Shown in pieces: positions 61,688 through 64,000 of a stretch of 64,000 bases of DNA (its first letter is position 1; each line of letters begins with the position of its first letter). The notes below the pieces were generated by a model. It worked only from the letters and a program-made list of their open reading frames with translations, was not told where the DNA came from and made no database searches. Made by a program: the position numbers and the translations under genes. The stretch spans positions 55,304,001 through 55,368,000 of the forward strand of contig OZ024740.1 of assembly GCA_964016885.1 (NCBI GenBank), given 5' to 3'. The stretch comes from Eledone cirrhosa. Lineage: Eukaryota.

Positions 61688-62190
61688 AATTTACCACATT
61701 CTGAGAAATGGTATGAGCATAAGCCAGAGTCGGTGATGGAAAACGATCAGGTGAAGGTGTTATGGGATTTTAGGATACAGACGGACAAGAAATTAGAACA
61801 CAATAGGTCTTACCTGGTGGTTTTGGACAAGGAAAAACGATCGTGCCTGATTGTAGAGGTAGCCTGCCCATTTGACACGAGAGTGCAAGAAAAGGAGCGG
61901 GAGAAAATTAACCGATACCAGGATTTAAAGTGGGAGTTAAAAGTATTTGAAACTGCCATGAAATCAAGGTCGTCCCGATTGTCGTATGCGTACTTGGTAC
62001 TATCTCAAAGAGTTTCCAAGGATGGTTAAAGAAGATTAGTCCAGCCCCGCTTTTTGGAACACTTCAAAAGGCATGCTTGCTGGGAACAGCAAGAAACCTC
62101 CAATACGTCCTGAATATCTGAGGCTGCAGGTAGCGGCTTAATATTCATTTCATGTCCAGTTAAATAACATCAATGACTGAGACTCAAAGA
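61688..62190 (+). mobile_element. R4/Dong-like family B, 3' fragment
   Basis: LPHSEKWYEHKPESVMENDQVKVLWDFRIQTD...CLIVEVACPFD; same 3' UTR; (TAA)n on both sides. Confidence 0.9.
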
Positions 62191-62208
62191 ATAATAATAA
62201 TAATAATA

Positions 62209-63197
62209 ATCATACTCCATTACAAAAGATGCACAAAGATACAGTAATGGACTACACATTTCAGAAGTTCCATTTACTGCTGAAATGAAAAACACAGAAA
62301 AAGCAAAGCAGGTAAAAGTAACTGTAAAGAAAGAACTGCTACAGAACCTGCTACAGAAATACCCAGAAAGAGCTAACAATCTTTAACCCATCAGTGGTGG
62401 GCATCCTCTTGACTGAAATCGGAGACTGAAGGACTAATTATATCAGCACAAGATCAGTGTCTTCCAACAAAAAATTACCAAGCCAACATAATAAAAAATG
62501 GGTGCAACCCATTATGCCGTGTATGTAAAAAACAACCAGAGACCATTGATCATATAATTTTAATGTGCAGTCCTATAGGTCCCACCGAATACCTAAACAG
62601 GCACGACAGAGCTGCACAATTCATACATTCGGTAATGTGTAAGCATTTTGACTTGCGCTTTCAAAAGAATTGGTGGGAGCATCAACCACCTCCCGTACTT
62701 GAAAAATATGACATCTCAATCTTGTGGAACTTTAGCATCCAAACAGACCGAAAAATAGATGCAATTGGAACTGATATAATACTGAAGGACTTTAAAAAGA
62801 GGGTATGCCTGCTAATTGATATGTCCGTTCCAATAGACAAGAATGTATCTATAAAAACATTTGAAAAATTGAGCAAGTTTAAGGACCGGAGATAGAAATT
62901 GGAAAAATGTGGAAATTGAGAACTAAAATAATACCAGTGGTTGTAGGCGCTCTAGGAATGATACCTAGGGGGTCTAATGATTATTTATCGCAAATCTCAG
63001 TAAACCCACGTATATGAGAAATACAAAAGATAGTACTAATGGGAACTGCCCATATACTAAGGAAGATTCTGTCTAAACACCTAAAGATGTGTGTATGTAG
63101 GTTCTTTCTTGAACATGGCGGACCTTGTTGTCTCTTGAGGTCACTGGTTGTGACTTGGTGATAACTCGTATGAACATAAAGGAAGATAAATGCAACT
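62209..63197 (+). mobile_element. R4/Dong-like family A, 3' fragment with internal deletions
   Basis: Collinear with 32535-33589 (EYLNRHDRAAQ, LWNFSIQTDRKID, LLIDMSVPIDKN); (TAA)n flanks. Confidence 0.9.
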
Positions 63198-63481
63198 GTA
63201 ATAATAATAATAATATTATTATTTTTATTATTATTGTTGTTGTTGTTGTTGTTGTTTTATATTTTAATCGAATACGTATTCAATACTTTGTCGTCAAAGT
63301 TAAAATTACACGTATCTAAATATAAATGTACATGAGTAAACCATTAAAAAGCATTGCAGAAATTGAAGAATTCATCATTCGGTCTTACAGCTTATATAAT
63401 ACGCACACACAAACACAAACACACGCAGAAACAGACACCCCAAGACCGACATATATAAAGTGTATGAATGTTTATAAAGTG

Positions 63482-63527
<46 letters not shown>

Positions 63528-63584
63528 TATTTATTAAAATAACAGCCCTCTCTGGATTTTAGTCTTCAATTTTATTATTATTAC

Positions 63585-63629
<45 letters not shown>

Positions 63630-63633
63630 TATG

Positions 63634-63810
<177 letters not shown>

Positions 63811-64000
63811 GTATATATATGGACATATTTACATATATATTTATACAGAGAGAGAGAGTGTGTGTGTGAGTGCGTGCGAGAGAGAGAAAGAGAGATGGTG
63901 AGAGAGAGAGTACGTGTGTGCGCGAGAGAGAGAAGTGGATAAAGTTGTTTTAAGATAAAAAGACATACATACATATCTAGTGTTGCTTTATAGCGCAATA

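Overview
AT-rich, microsatellite-saturated animal genomic DNA. The repeat landscape suggests a coleoid cephalopod such as octopus (inference). The window lies inside a large AP-2 (TFAP2) transcription-factor gene on the + strand. Three coding exons are readable: 9241-9294, 44407/44410-44611 and 48273-48391, with compatible splice phases and a ~35 kb intron. The flanking exons were not found in the window. Nearly all other ORF-track entries are microsatellite artefacts. The introns contain: (i) two R4/Dong-like RT+REL retrotransposon families that occur as adjacent pairs in (TAA)n tracts at three loci; (ii) decayed RTE-clade LINEs; (iii) tRNA-derived SINEs; (iv) a truncated Penelope-like element (GIY-YIG) with an inverted pseudo-LTR; and (v) the most striking feature, at least six families of short non-coding fold-back elements (palindrome plus one-sided tail) in (TA)n. 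Several of these carry intact or half-deleted minimal type I hammerhead ribozyme motifs. A 1.5-copy tandem of a 512-nt unit also resembles a retrozyme-like element. All ribozyme and family calls were made by eye and need computational confirmation.
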